DNA of 64,000 nucleotides from Rhodothermales bacterium (GCA_958296045.1 CATQHT010000003.1:878028-942027), one strand, 5' to 3'; shown: positions 17,193-28,147, counted from the stretch's first letter. The notes: a model not told the origin generated them from the letters alone. Numbers and translations are program-made.

Positions 17193-19932
17193 CCGATACC
17201 CCGGCGACTATGCGGCGATACCGCTCCTTGAAGGCATCCAGGCCTCCTTCCATAAGCGTGCAAATGCTTGCCCGTACGCCCTTTTTTAGAAGACTGCCTT
17301 CAGACTCTATCTTCGTATCGTTGTCCTTAGCAGCAAGCGCTACCACGAGCTCGGCATCGCCGTTGACGACAATGTTAGGGTTGTGCGTTACCACAATGAT
17401 CTGCCGGCGCTGTTTTTCTTTACGTATCTGATTGACGATCAGTTCGTGAACCAACCGGTTATCAAGGTCATCCTCGGGCTGATCCAGTACGAGGGGTTGC
17501 TTTCCGTATGAGAGCAGAAACGCCAAAAGCGCTGCGGTCTTCTGACCTGGCGATCCCGCACTGATGGGTCGAAGGTGCCTACCATCTCCGGTCGGACTGT
17601 ACTCGACTTTAAGGTGATCTTCGGGAAACCACATGTCGAGGCGATCAAACACTTCTGGCTGTAAATTGCCAAGGTGGTTCGCGAATCTACGGTCCACGGG
17701 ACTACAAGTGCCTTCACGAATGCGACGAACCTTTTCCGTAATGCCTGTAATCGCCGTTTCGACTGCTGCCGAGCCGCTCTGGTTCTCTTGAGCCTGTTTG
17801 AGCGCCTGCAGGAGACGATCAATGTCCCCCCTGAAGGTGTCGTCCTCTTTCTGGATCAGGCGACGGAAGTCAGCCTCGACGGTCTTTTGCTCTCCGTAGG
17901 GAACGATGTGCATACGCACATAGGGATTCCCTTGCAGTACGCCTTCCAGGAAGCGGCGGCGGATCCTGGTACGCTCCCTGCGGATATTCAATAGCTCACG
18001 CCGGCTGTCGTCTGCTTGGCACTTTAGCTTCACCACTTCCGTTTTCCGACTCTTCAAACGGTCCAAGTCCTGCTCGATGAGCTGCCGGCGTTGCACGAGC
18101 AACCCATAGTCGGACGGATCACTGATCCCTTCTTCTGCCAGCTGCTTGGAAAGAGATTCATACGCAGCTACAGCCTCGTTGGCCGCTTTTTTCCAAGCCG
18201 ACTTCTCGAGTTCTTTCTTCCACCGTGTTACCGTCTCGTCCGCTTCGTCTGCGACTTGTTCCAGCTGCTTACGGATTGCTCCAAGCCGGTCCCGAGCACG
18301 ATGTGCCTGTGTTAGGAGCTGCAAGTCCGCCTGAGACCCACCAAAGGTGTTAGCCTCGTCAAGAGCGTCTGGAACAATGTCCGCTGCCGTGGTCCGTATT
18401 CGCTTGCCCGCGTCGACCCATTGCTCCTCCCACATCCGAATTTCTCTCTGCTGGCGCCGGTTCTGCTGATAAGCTCGTAGGATATCTGCATGGCCACTCC
18501 TCTCGAAGACCGCCAGCTTCCTTTTCACATCGTCAAGTTCCCCCTTAAGCTTATTCTCATCCTGCAACTCGGCGCCGATCTGTCGAACCTTCACCCGTAT
18601 TGACAGAATGTTGTGTTCCTCCCGACTCCAGCGGCTTTTCAAAGGCTGCTGGTCCCCGTCCGACGCCTCGTCCACGATGCGAAGCAACTCGCCAGGTGTG
18701 GTCGCTGCGTGAAAGATCTGTTTCTGACTGTATATGCGAACAGGAAAACGCTGGACCACCTTACCAGGCGCCTGCGACCACACTCCGTTTGCCGTCTCTT
18801 CCTCGATGGCATCCAGTGCGCCCTTTGGGTCCCACTGTACCCGAAATCTCGCCCCATTCTTCAAATAGATCACGCGAAACTTCGTCCGTTCTGTTAGCAG
18901 CCCATTGCCGTCTGGAGGCTCATTGGAATACATTGCAAACTCCTTACGCAACTCCTCGGGCAACTCGCCATCGCGGCGCAAGGCAATCCGCAGAAACTCA
19001 ACCAGCGACGATTTTCCGGTGCCTCGTCCTCCGATAATGGCATTCAACCACGGGTTGAGGTCCACCTTGAATGGGCTTCCCTGACCCATGTACTTTGTGC
19101 CCGTCACCTCGATAGACTCCAGTACCGCCTCGGCATGTTGCTCGTTCGGCGAAGTGGGGTGGGTATCGGAGCGACGCACCGACAGGGAGCCATCCAGCAA
19201 AGCCAGCCGCAACCCCTCAATATCTGGAGGGTCGCCCATCTTAACCCAAGTGAAATGGCTTCCAGGATAACGTTGCCCCTCCTTGCCGGAACAATGGTGA
19301 GAATCGGAGCCGACAATCTCGGTCCAGCCCACCTTCATGTCGCGGTAGAGCTGCGGCTTTTCGCTTTGGGGGCACCGGATCTCCGTGGCAAATACCTGAT
19401 CGCAACGCAATGCCTCTTTCAATGTGTCGCCACTAGCCTCCGTGAGCAGGCCCTTTTCGCAGTCAGCGTGCGCTGGAATGGCTATACCACCCGAATTCAC
19501 AATCTGTTTGACCACCTTCCTGAAGGGCTCCCTTGTCTGTGTACTCGTCCCCTCAACAACTCCAACAGCACCAAGCAGACCGATTATATCTGACCTGGTT
19601 TTCTCACGGGAGAAAATAGCAAGCAGGTGCACGTTTCCATGCACAGCAATCTCGACCCCTGGAAACAAGTACAGAGGCCGGAATCCCGCAGGTCTTGCCA
19701 GCACCAATTTCTCTAGGTCCGCTTTAAGACGATCGATCCAGCCACCGCCGTTGTGGTCCGTAACCGCTACACAGTCAACTCCTGCACGCATGTAGCCGAG
19801 TAGCCAATCCCGCGGCGTACACTGCTGTTCTTCCTCTTGATTCGGTCCCTTCCCGTAGTCTGTTGATGCTGGGGTATGCGTGTGAAGGTCACACTTCCAC
19901 CATCGGGCTCCGTTCCAGCTCTGCAGCGACAT
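17185..19932 (-). CDS. PHP-domain + SMC/ABC-type ATPase (TrlF/Ppl-like, putative anti-phage)
   Basis: PHP motifs DLHTHTPAS, TDHN, GVE, HLL, PAH, GSDSH; Walker A IIGGRGTGKS; long coiled coil; SPGQK signature, LDQPEDDLD, VTHN. Confidence 0.88.
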   Translation of the reverse strand: MSLQSWNGARWWKCDLHTHTPASTDYGKGPNQEEEQQCTPRDWLLGYMRAGVDCVAVTDHNGGGWIDRLKADLEKLVLARPAGFRPLYLFPGVEIAVHGNVHLLAIFSREKTRSDIIGLLGAVGVVEGTSTQTREPFRKVVKQIVNSGGIAIPAHADCEKGLLTEASGDTLKEALRCDQVFATEIRCPQSEKPQLYRDMKVGWTEIVGSDSHHCSGKEGQRYPGSHFTWVKMGDPPDIEGLRLALLDGSLSVRRSDTHPTSPNEQHAEAVLESIEVTGTKYMGQGSPFKVDLNPWLNAIIGGRGTGKSSLVEFLRIALRRDGELPEELRKEFAMYSNEPPDGNGLLTERTKFRVIYLKNGARFRVQWDPKGALDAIEEETANGVWSQAPGKVVQRFPVRIYSQKQIFHAATTPGELLRIVDEASDGDQQPLKSRWSREEHNILSIRVKVRQIGAELQDENKLKGELDDVKRKLAVFERSGHADILRAYQQNRRQQREIRMWEEQWVDAGKRIRTTAADIVPDALDEANTFGGSQADLQLLTQAHRARDRLGAIRKQLEQVADEADETVTRWKKELEKSAWKKAANEAVAAYESLSKQLAEEGISDPSDYGLLVQRRQLIEQDLDRLKSRKTEVVKLKCQADDSRRELLNIRRERTRIRRRFLEGVLQGNPYVRMHIVPYGEQKTVEADFRRLIQKEDDTFRGDIDRLLQALKQAQENQSGSAAVETAITGITEKVRRIREGTCSPVDRRFANHLGNLQPEVFDRLDMWFPEDHLKVEYSPTGDGRHLRPISAGSPGQKTAALLAFLLSYGKQPLVLDQPEDDLDNRLVHELIVNQIRKEKQRRQIIVVTHNPNIVVNGDAELVVALAAKDNDTKIESEGSLLKKGVRASICTLMEGGLDAFKERYRRIVAGVSDD

Positions 19933-20039
19933 TACCTCAGCGTCTTGGATTGATCCTTTTGAAGGGGACGACATGGGGGTGGAGGGTCATATTGAGTGGA
20001 TGGTACGCCATTCCAAGGGGAATTGTGGCAGGACCAGGA

Positions 20040-20220
20040 GGGGGAGATTATCCGGTCTCCCTCAACGCAGCATCCTTTTTCCATGCCACTACCGGAACCT
20101 GATCCTGCATCTCCTGCGATATGCGGCGAAGAGATGGCATGCGCCGGCGGCCGGCGGTTGTATTTGCTGAAGCAATGCAACCTGATTATCGAGTTGCTGG
20201 GTCGCGAGTGGCCCGATCCT
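20040..20220 (+). mobile_element. Possible IS256-type transposase C-terminal relic
   Basis: Translation LFPCHYRNLILHLLRYAAKRWHAP loosely resembles the IS256 C-terminal FP...L..L.LR..AK.W..P pattern; highly degenerate. Confidence 0.25.
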
Positions 20221-20298
20221 CCGTTGCAATCCTTGGCGGCGTCTGGCAACGTCACATCAGCATTGCAGGGGGCCACAGAGGCCTGGTAGCAGCTCTTT

Positions 20299-21250
20299 CA
20301 GAATGCGCCTACAATAATGATTCACTTTTGGAATCGGCGTAAGATTGCATGGCGGGCTGGTTTGCACTTCGGATTGCGGGAGGTTCGCTCCTGAAGCCAG
20401 CGAGTCATGGCATTCAGAGTGTCCGTTTGGCTTGTTTATCCTGGCGGAATTGGGCGGTGTCGCGGCGGTGGGTGGTCACTTGGGAAGCGTTCGGGTTGAT
20501 CGTCGCAAGCCTTGTTGAGCACGACCAGACGGGCGTTTTGCACGGTCTCAGCGAGTTCGTAGGGTACCACATCGGGATACGCGAGCGCCAGACCGGTGTG
20601 GTGATATTCGCGATTTCACCATTGACAGAACCCGTTGGCCCATGCTTTGGCATCCTCGAGTGGTCCGAAGCGCCGCGGATAGGTTGGCCGGTACTTCATG
20701 GTCTTGAATTGTGCTTCTGGATACGGGTTGTCGTTGGAGGTGTACGGGCGTGTGAACGATCGTTCTTCGCGCAGATCGTTGAGCAGCTGCACGACAGGCG
20801 TCGATGTCATGGGACTTCCCCGATCGCTGTGGATCACCAGTTGATCGGGCCGTATGCCTTGGCGGTGGCAGGTGGTCTTGATCAAGGCGTGTGCCAGACG
20901 GAAGGACTCGCAGTCGGCGAGGGTCCATCCCACGACGAATCGGCTGAAGACGTCTATGATAGCGTAGAGCGCATAGTGGGTCCATCTGCGCGGTCCCTTG
21001 AGCGTGGTGATTTCCCACGACCCGAGCATGTAGCTGCGCGAAGGCCACAGCTCCGGGCTGCTCACCCCTGCGGGTTCAGGATCGGACCTTCAGAGTCGTG
21101 TGGGCGCTGGGCGCGCCTTACATCTGGCCCCATTGCCGCAGCAGCATTTACGCGCTCGTATGGGAAGGCCCTTGCAGCACTATCATAAGCGAACAAACCC
21201 GAGCCGGACAGCCACGGCCCCTGGCATCCACATTCGTGACCAGCAGCCAT
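20299..21250 (-). mobile_element. IS3-family integrase/transposase relic (frameshifted) with right end
   Basis: WEITTLKGPRRWTHYALYAIIDVFSRFVVGW, HSDRGSPM, SFTRPYTSNDNPYPEAQFKTMKYRP; multiple frameshifts; terminal sequence homologous to 53720-53783 and 58592-58700. Confidence 0.88.
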
Positions 21251-21420
21251 GGACAGGCATGGCCCACAAACTCAGGCAGGTCCCGATCTTCGATGGGGCG
21301 GCACCTTATGGCAGTGCGTCGGACGGGTCACCTTCAACAAGAGGCGCTGGGGTGCCGGTTGTTGCGTTCACTGCTCGCTCATCGTATCCTACCAGTATCT
21401 TGTAACTATCCCCTCCTGCT

Positions 21421-24129
21421 TTGATGCGTGCCTGGCCGCAATGTCTGCTGTTCCTTGTCGCCCTTATGCCCTTTGGCTGCATGCAGCCAGCCCCCGAGCC
21501 GAACCGGGCTGCCGAAGCAAAAGACCTGCTGCTGGATCTGGCCGATCTGCCCGACTACGAGCGCCATCTGGATCATGCCGCGTTGGCAGAAAGGCTCAGT
21601 GAAGAATTCTACTACATGGGAGTGTCCGTTTACCGGCGTGCCTGCTTCAGCTGCCACGGTAACATTGAGCAGCCGGGCTCTTTGCCGCAGTCACGGCAGT
21701 TCTGGACAGAGCCCTTTAAAGGGGGCAGCGATCCGTTCGCGATGTATCAGACGCTCACGCGTGGCCGCGGCCTGATGCCCCCGCAAGTGAGTCTGACGCC
21801 CCGAGAAAAGTATGCCGTAATCGGATTTATCCGCGAAGAGTTTTTGCGTGAACACAACCCGTCGCAGTACTTCAAGGTCTCCCGACGATGGCTCCGATCC
21901 TTGCCCATAGGCGATTCGCTAGGCCCGGCGCCCACCCGCCAGCGGCCCTGGAGAGCGATGGACTACGGCAGCTTCCTGATGCGCACGTACGAAGTCGCCG
22001 ACGCGGACGCCGGACCCAAAGGCATCACCAACCGCGGGCCAAGCCCCTTGCGCAACGAAGATTTTCGGGACCGGAACTTCGCATACAAGGGCATCGCGAT
22101 GCGTTTGGATGAAGGTCCGGGCGGTGTTGCCGCGGGCAACGCCTTCGTTCTGTTTGACCACGACCTCATGCGCGTGGCAGCCTTTTGGACCGGAGAAGGT
22201 TTCATCGACTGGGAAGATATTCTCCTCGATGACCAGCACAACGTGTTTCCGCGCATCGTGGGCGACCTGCAGTTCGAGAATCCTCCCGTTCCTGGATGGG
22301 CAGACCCCGAGACCGGGCAGTACAAAGATCCGCGGTTTCGCGCAGTGGACGGACGGCAGTTTGGTCCGCTGCCGCAACAATGGGCGCAGTATCGCGGCGT
22401 ATACCGGCATGAGCAACGCCTTGTAATCCGATATACCATAGGCCAAGCGTCCGTTCTGGAAACCTTTGATTTGCCCTCAGAACGGGTTCTACAGAGAACA
22501 GTGAATGTGAGCGGCGCAGGCGAATCGCTCGCGATGAGAGTCGCCCCAGAGAGTATGGCAGTGGCCATGCGCAGCGAAGGCGCCACCTTGGCGACTGAGG
22601 ATGGATTCCACGTCCTGCGTACCACGCCTGGATCCGCAGCGCGCGCATCACTCTGGATAAGCTCCTCCCGCCCAGAAATAGTGCAGGAGCTGGCAGACGG
22701 CAGCGGTGCACCAGAGGACCTGTCCAGGTATACCCGTGGCGGCCCGGCGCTGTATGACACGGTGCTGACAGCACCCGTGTATCCAGGCAGCGGAACCGGA
22801 TACGTGGTAGATGTCCTGACCCTTCCTCAGGATAACCCTTGGAAGAGCCGCATGCGGCCCACGGCCATTGACTTTATCGGTGGCGGCACCGAAGCAATCG
22901 TCACCACTATTGACGGCGAGGTGTGGCGCCTGGAAAACATCACCGCGCCTGACGGGCCGGTTCGCTGGTACCGCATTGCGACAGGGCTATTCCAGCCGCT
23001 TGGAGTCAAAGTGGTGGGCGACGACATCTTTGTAGGATGCCGCGACCAGATCGCCGTCTTGCGGGACCTGAACGGGGACGGAGAAACGGACTTCTATGAA
23101 GCCTTCAACAGCGACCACCAGGTCACTGAGCACTTTCATGAGTTTGCTATGGGCCTGCAGGCCGATGATGAAGGCAACCTATACTACGCCAAGAGCGCCC
23201 GGCACGCCCGTACCGCACTGGTGCCGCAGCATGGCACCCTAATCCGAGTCAGGAGCGACGGCGCACAATCCGAAATTATTGCCAACGGATTTCGTGCCGC
23301 CAACGGGGTACTAATCAATGATGACGGCTCATTCGTCGTCACAGATCAGGAGGGGCACTGGAACCCGATGAACCGCGTCAATTGGGTGGAGGAAGGAACA
23401 TTCTACGGCAACATGTTTGGCTACGGTGCCCCAGAAGACTCCACCGACGCGAGCATGGCGCCGCCACTGCTATGGATAGATCGCAAGTTCGACCGCTCGC
23501 CAGCGGAGTTGCTATGGGCAGAAAGTGATCGCTGGGGACCACTGGAGGGCAAGCTGTTGAGCTTCTCCTATGGCTTCGGTAAGATTTTCGTCGTTATGCC
23601 GCAGTTTTTCGAGGATGTGCAGCAGGCTGCCATCGTGGAGCTGCCGGTCCCGGAGTTTCCTACCGGCATCCAGCGCGGCCGCTTTAATCCGGCAGACGGC
23701 CAGCTCTATGTCGCAGGTATGTCAGCCTGGGCCACGAGCAAGATGGTCCAGGTTGGCGGCCTGTATCGCGTACGGTTCGCTGGAGGACCCGTGCACCTGC
23801 CCGTCGCCTTCGAAGCTGTCGAAACTGGAATACGCCTCACATTTGCAGCACGCCTAGAACCCGAAGCAGCGTCAGACGCGTCCCGCTACACGGTCACTAC
23901 ATGGGACCTGGAACGCACGCGCCGCTATGGCTCCGGCCGCTTTAACGTCCAAGAGCATGAAGTGAATGCAGTGGATGTGTCACCTGATGGCGACAGCGTC
24001 CTGCTGCACATCCCAAGCCTTGCGCCCGCCTGGGTCGCGACCATCACCTACTCCCTTCTTGATCCAGAGGGCGATGCAGTCAATGGCACGGTGCAGGGCA
24101 CCATCTACAAACTAGCACCGATGCCATAG
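21421..24129 (+). CDS. Cytochrome c / DUF6797-like beta-propeller lipoprotein (PVC-type dehydrogenase-like)
   Basis: Lipobox PFGC; CFSCH heme motif; ATGLFQPLG, DLNGDGETD, GFRAANG propeller motifs. Confidence 0.8.
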   Translation: MMRAWPQCLLFLVALMPFGCMQPAPEPNRAAEAKDLLLDLADLPDYERHLDHAALAERLSEEFYYMGVSVYRRACFSCHGNIEQPGSLPQSRQFWTEPFKGGSDPFAMYQTLTRGRGLMPPQVSLTPREKYAVIGFIREEFLREHNPSQYFKVSRRWLRSLPIGDSLGPAPTRQRPWRAMDYGSFLMRTYEVADADAGPKGITNRGPSPLRNEDFRDRNFAYKGIAMRLDEGPGGVAAGNAFVLFDHDLMRVAAFWTGEGFIDWEDILLDDQHNVFPRIVGDLQFENPPVPGWADPETGQYKDPRFRAVDGRQFGPLPQQWAQYRGVYRHEQRLVIRYTIGQASVLETFDLPSERVLQRTVNVSGAGESLAMRVAPESMAVAMRSEGATLATEDGFHVLRTTPGSAARASLWISSSRPEIVQELADGSGAPEDLSRYTRGGPALYDTVLTAPVYPGSGTGYVVDVLTLPQDNPWKSRMRPTAIDFIGGGTEAIVTTIDGEVWRLENITAPDGPVRWYRIATGLFQPLGVKVVGDDIFVGCRDQIAVLRDLNGDGETDFYEAFNSDHQVTEHFHEFAMGLQADDEGNLYYAKSARHARTALVPQHGTLIRVRSDGAQSEIIANGFRAANGVLINDDGSFVVTDQEGHWNPMNRVNWVEEGTFYGNMFGYGAPEDSTDASMAPPLLWIDRKFDRSPAELLWAESDRWGPLEGKLLSFSYGFGKIFVVMPQFFEDVQQAAIVELPVPEFPTGIQRGRFNPADGQLYVAGMSAWATSKMVQVGGLYRVRFAGGPVHLPVAFEAVETGIRLTFAARLEPEAASDASRYTVTTWDLERTRRYGSGRFNVQEHEVNAVDVSPDGDSVLLHIPSLAPAWVATITYSLLDPEGDAVNGTVQGTIYKLAPMP

Positions 24130-24265
24130 GCGGCGCTCCACCCCAGGTGACCCCGCGAAAAGGCACAGATTCCGTGCTGAGAGCTACGTTGGATAGTCGA
24201 GGGAAGGGGGACTTGAGCCAGTGTTCCTGCAAGTGATCTACGGCGCTGGAGCACGGTCCAATGCA

Positions 24266-26890
24266 TCACTCATCTTCATCGCGAGTGTTGCACCCTTTGT
24301 CGCCCGTAAAGCACTTATGCTCGCTATCACCGTTGGCGACCAGGAATGCCAACAGGTCCAGCACCTCATCGCCGTTGAGACGGTCAAGCAGCCGGGATGG
24401 CATAATTGAAACGGGGGACAACGTGCGGCGAACCACCTTAGCCTCCTGTACCGTCACCGCCTGGCTTGGATCATAGGGATTCTGATTCAATCTGATCACA
24501 CCATTTCCTACGCTTACAACGCGCCCGGTTACCATGTTGCCGTCGCTGAGCTCGAGTAACGTAGCTGCGAACCGGTCCGACACCGCGTCGCTCGGGGAGT
24601 CAATGGCCTCCAGAATCTCGTCGCGCCCAAAGCGTGTTCCCACCATGGTAAGGTCGGGGCCGACGCCGACGCCTATCGAGCCCAGCCGGTGGCAGGCACT
24701 GCAAAGCGCGGCGGCATACATCCGCTTACCGTGCGCAAAGTCCCGCGGCTCGTCAAAGCCATCCTCCAAAAGCTCCCAAAACTCCTGACGGTTCCAACTC
24801 TTACCAGGTCCTTCCGGTTGAGGCAGCGTCGCCAGAAAATCAGTTCTGTCGGAAAAAGCGTCGATCAGCCCCATCAAAGAGTCTCTCTCAGCTCCAACAA
24901 TGTTGGCCACAGCGTCGTCACGCATATCCTCAATAAACCCTACATAGCTGCGTCCGCCGCTCTTGCGCAATGCGTCGTAAAACCACTGAAGGTAGGAGCG
25001 ACGTTCCTCCAACGTCCATCCCGTCCGCACATGGCGCAAGTTCATCGCTACATCAATCTCTTGCGCACTAGGCATGTTGGCGCGCATGTCAGTGATCACT
25101 CCTCCGTACTCATCGCTGCGGCCAGCCACCGCGTCTTTCACAAGCAACGCAGCCTCCGGTCCACGCTCGCTTAGTGCCTCCAGGTGCGCGACCATCGTGC
25201 TAGTGATGCCCGGCGCCTGCAAGGCCACCAAGAGGCGCCCCCGCTCACGGTTCAGTAAGTCGTCGCCCTCTGGATAAGCGCTTACCAGCCTTCTCGTCAG
25301 ACGCTGCTTCAGGTCTCCTTCCGGCAGACCCCAGCGGGCTATCACCAGTCCGTAGGCACGTAGCAGATCCAGCTGCTGCGCACGAGAAAGACTGTGCTCT
25401 TCAATAAGCATCAGCTCCTCGAGCGCAGCCGGAAGATGCTCCTCGCCCCCAGATCGCGCCAAAGCGATGATCGCATACAAACGCCGCAACGGATCGGGTT
25501 CCCCCAGCGCCCGCGCTGCCCACGAGGATACCGGCTGATGCTCTATCGCGACGCGCGCCGCCCAACGAACAAAACGGTCCGCATGATCCAGATGCGGCCA
25601 AGCCTCCCGCAAGGCCTTAGGATCCTCGACTCCGTGCAATGACTCCAAGTTGCGCCGCAGTGTATGCTCCACGCTCATGCGGCGCGGCAGCGGCGAGTCC
25701 TTCCCCACATCCCGTTCGTACCATACTCGATACAGGAATGAATTCAGACGTCGCCCGCCCGTAGCAAAATACAAAGCTCCATCCGCTCCAATAACGCCGT
25801 CCGTCACCGGTAGCGGCACACCGGAAAGAAACTCCTCCGCCACTGCCTCATAGGTGCTGCCACTTGGACGCAAGGCGACCCAATAGATGGTACCGAAGCT
25901 CCAGTCAAATACGAACAGACCGCGCCGATACCGCATAGGAAAGTGGGCAGCGCCTGCTGCCACCACACCCGTCGGTGAACCCTGCCCAATGTCCACCGCG
26001 GCAGGCAGGTTGTCTGGATAATAGGCAGGCCATTTTCCAGAGCCGGTGCGCCACCCGAATTCGCTGCCGCTGGTGACATGCACCACGCGAATCGGTCGGT
26101 ACCAAGGCATGCCCAGATCCCATTCCATGTCAGAATCGAATGTGAAAAGGTCGCCCTCGGCATTGAATGCTAGGTCATAGGCGTTGCGATAGCCCACACT
26201 GAAAAGCTCTCGGTTCGCCCCATCTGGATCGGTTCGCAACACCCAGCCCCCTGGCGCCTGCCGGTCTGCCGCGTGTCCGCGCGGATCGCGCAAGACCGGC
26301 AGTAGCTGATCCTCCGCCCAGTTGCGTGGAACGCGAGAAGTGTGCACCTCAGGCAGCTCCGTATGATTGCCTGCAATGATGTACAGGCTGGCGCTGTCGG
26401 GTCCAAGGATTATGCTGTGAGGCCCGTGTTCGCCCGAGCCATCAAAGCCCATTAGTGAATCCACGCGGTCAAACTCGTCATCACCGTCCGTGTCGGTAAC
26501 TCTGAATAGCCCGCTGCCCCTACCCTCTTCGGCTTCCTCCCAATTGTTGACCACTACATACAGGCTGCCAAATGCCCAGAGCAGCCCCTGTGCACGTCCT
26601 ATATCCAGGTCTATACGCTCCACCTGCGTACGTCGAGGGTCAGACCCAAGAGGTGGAGGTACAACACGATACAGTGCACCAAACTGGTCGGAAGCAATCA
26701 GGCGCCCCTCGCCGTCCACCGCCAGTGCCACCCACGAGCTGCTGTCCGCGGCCATCGGGCTGTGGAGCACCTCATAGCGAAATCCGTCTGGCAAGGTGAG
26801 CTCCGCCGAAGGTGACTCATCGCCTTCCCTCTGGCAGGCGCTCAAGAGGAGCACCATACACCATGCCACCACAACATATTCATACCGCAT
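24266..26890 (-). CDS. PVC-type heme-binding beta-propeller/HEAT protein (putative membrane-bound dehydrogenase)
   Basis: Lipobox LSAC; GEHGPH, GYRNAYD, DSDMEWD, GSPTG; HEAT-like helices; CSACH...GPDLT...SIMP heme domain. Confidence 0.85.
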   Translation of the reverse strand: MRYEYVVVAWCMVLLLSACQREGDESPSAELTLPDGFRYEVLHSPMAADSSSWVALAVDGEGRLIASDQFGALYRVVPPPLGSDPRRTQVERIDLDIGRAQGLLWAFGSLYVVVNNWEEAEEGRGSGLFRVTDTDGDDEFDRVDSLMGFDGSGEHGPHSIILGPDSASLYIIAGNHTELPEVHTSRVPRNWAEDQLLPVLRDPRGHAADRQAPGGWVLRTDPDGANRELFSVGYRNAYDLAFNAEGDLFTFDSDMEWDLGMPWYRPIRVVHVTSGSEFGWRTGSGKWPAYYPDNLPAAVDIGQGSPTGVVAAGAAHFPMRYRRGLFVFDWSFGTIYWVALRPSGSTYEAVAEEFLSGVPLPVTDGVIGADGALYFATGGRRLNSFLYRVWYERDVGKDSPLPRRMSVEHTLRRNLESLHGVEDPKALREAWPHLDHADRFVRWAARVAIEHQPVSSWAARALGEPDPLRRLYAIIALARSGGEEHLPAALEELMLIEEHSLSRAQQLDLLRAYGLVIARWGLPEGDLKQRLTRRLVSAYPEGDDLLNRERGRLLVALQAPGITSTMVAHLEALSERGPEAALLVKDAVAGRSDEYGGVITDMRANMPSAQEIDVAMNLRHVRTGWTLEERRSYLQWFYDALRKSGGRSYVGFIEDMRDDAVANIVGAERDSLMGLIDAFSDRTDFLATLPQPEGPGKSWNRQEFWELLEDGFDEPRDFAHGKRMYAAALCSACHRLGSIGVGVGPDLTMVGTRFGRDEILEAIDSPSDAVSDRFAATLLELSDGNMVTGRVVSVGNGVIRLNQNPYDPSQAVTVQEAKVVRRTLSPVSIMPSRLLDRLNGDEVLDLLAFLVANGDSEHKCFTGDKGCNTRDEDE

Positions 26891-26968
26891 GCATATAAGG
26901 TGTTGTCCTTTTGACCCCGGCGCAAGTTAGTGATTTGCGCCATCCTTGCCCTTGCCATACCCCCCAAC

Positions 26969-28147
26969 ATGCTTTCGTGCCAACGTGACCTCTTCACGCT
27001 GCCGGATGATGCGCACTACATCAATTGCGCGTACATGTCCCCGCTCCTTAAGTCCGCAGAGCGTGCAGGAATAGCAGGCCTCCATCGTAAGCGCGTCCCC
27101 AGCGTGATTCGGCCAGCCATGTTTTTTGAGGAAAGCAGGCAGGCTCGCCAGCTTTTTGCTGCGCTTGTTGGGGTGCAGGCCAGCGATGTCGCGATCATTC
27201 CTTCAGCCTCATACGGAATCGCTACGGTTGCCCGCAACATCCAAGTCAAGCCGCATCAGAACATCGTGCTGCTGCATGAGCAGTTTCCGAGCAACGTGTA
27301 CGCATGGCGACGCTTGGCCCGTGAGCGCGGTGCGACCATCCGCACTATCGCACCACCGCCAGGGCTGGCGCGCGCCGCCGGGCTCAACGATCGCCTCCTC
27401 GCGGCCATTGACCATGATACCGCAGTCGTGGCGGTGGGCCCGGTTCACTGGGCTGACGGCACCTGCGTGGACCTGAAGGCGCTTAGCCAACGTGCCCGCC
27501 ATGTGGGCGCCGCCTTTGTTGTCGATGGGACCCAGTCCGTAGGCGCGATGCCAATGGATGCCGATGCTCTTGGCATCGATGCCTTGATTTGCGCAAGCTA
27601 CAAATGGATGCTCGGTCCGTATGGTATGGGGGCCATGTTCGTTGGCCCACGCTTCAGGCAAGGAATACCCTTGGAAGAGACGTGGCTGGCTCGGCAGGGG
27701 AGCGAAGACTTCAGCGCACTGGTCGCCTATGGCGACAAGTATCGCCCAGGCGCCGAACGGTATGATATGGGTGGACGAAGCAACTTCATTCTGCTTCCCA
27801 TGATGATTGAAGGGCTTAAACAGCTTTTAGCCTGGGATCAGTCCAGCATCCAGCGCTACTGTCGCCACCTTATGAAAGAAACGCTAGTGGAAGTCCGTTC
27901 ACTAGGGTACCAAGTCCTGGGCGGCACCAGCGCACACCTCTTCGGTCTGCGCGTGCCAGACCACGTCTTAAGGCCACGGCTGCAGCAGGCACTGGCGGAT
28001 CGCGGGGTTTCCGTATCGCTGCGTGGTAAAGCAATTCGGATCTCGCCGCATGTCTACAACAATGTGCAGGACGTGGAAGCGCTTCGCGACGCGCTCGAAG
28101 CGGCCGCGGCGCGAGCCACCGACCGCACCTACAGCGTATTGACCTGA
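26969..28147 (+). CDS. Aminotransferase class V (cysteine desulfurase/selenocysteine lyase-like)
   Basis: YINCAYMSP, QFPSN, DGTQSVG, ASYKWMLGPYG (PLP lysine), IRISPHVYN. Confidence 0.9.
   Translation: MLSCQRDLFTLPDDAHYINCAYMSPLLKSAERAGIAGLHRKRVPSVIRPAMFFEESRQARQLFAALVGVQASDVAIIPSASYGIATVARNIQVKPHQNIVLLHEQFPSNVYAWRRLARERGATIRTIAPPPGLARAAGLNDRLLAAIDHDTAVVAVGPVHWADGTCVDLKALSQRARHVGAAFVVDGTQSVGAMPMDADALGIDALICASYKWMLGPYGMGAMFVGPRFRQGIPLEETWLARQGSEDFSALVAYGDKYRPGAERYDMGGRSNFILLPMMIEGLKQLLAWDQSSIQRYCRHLMKETLVEVRSLGYQVLGGTSAHLFGLRVPDHVLRPRLQQALADRGVSVSLRGKAIRISPHVYNNVQDVEALRDALEAAAARATDRTYSVLT

Noticed and set aside
20349-21188. 279-aa plus-strand ORF
   Set aside because: Antisense to the IS3 integrase relic.
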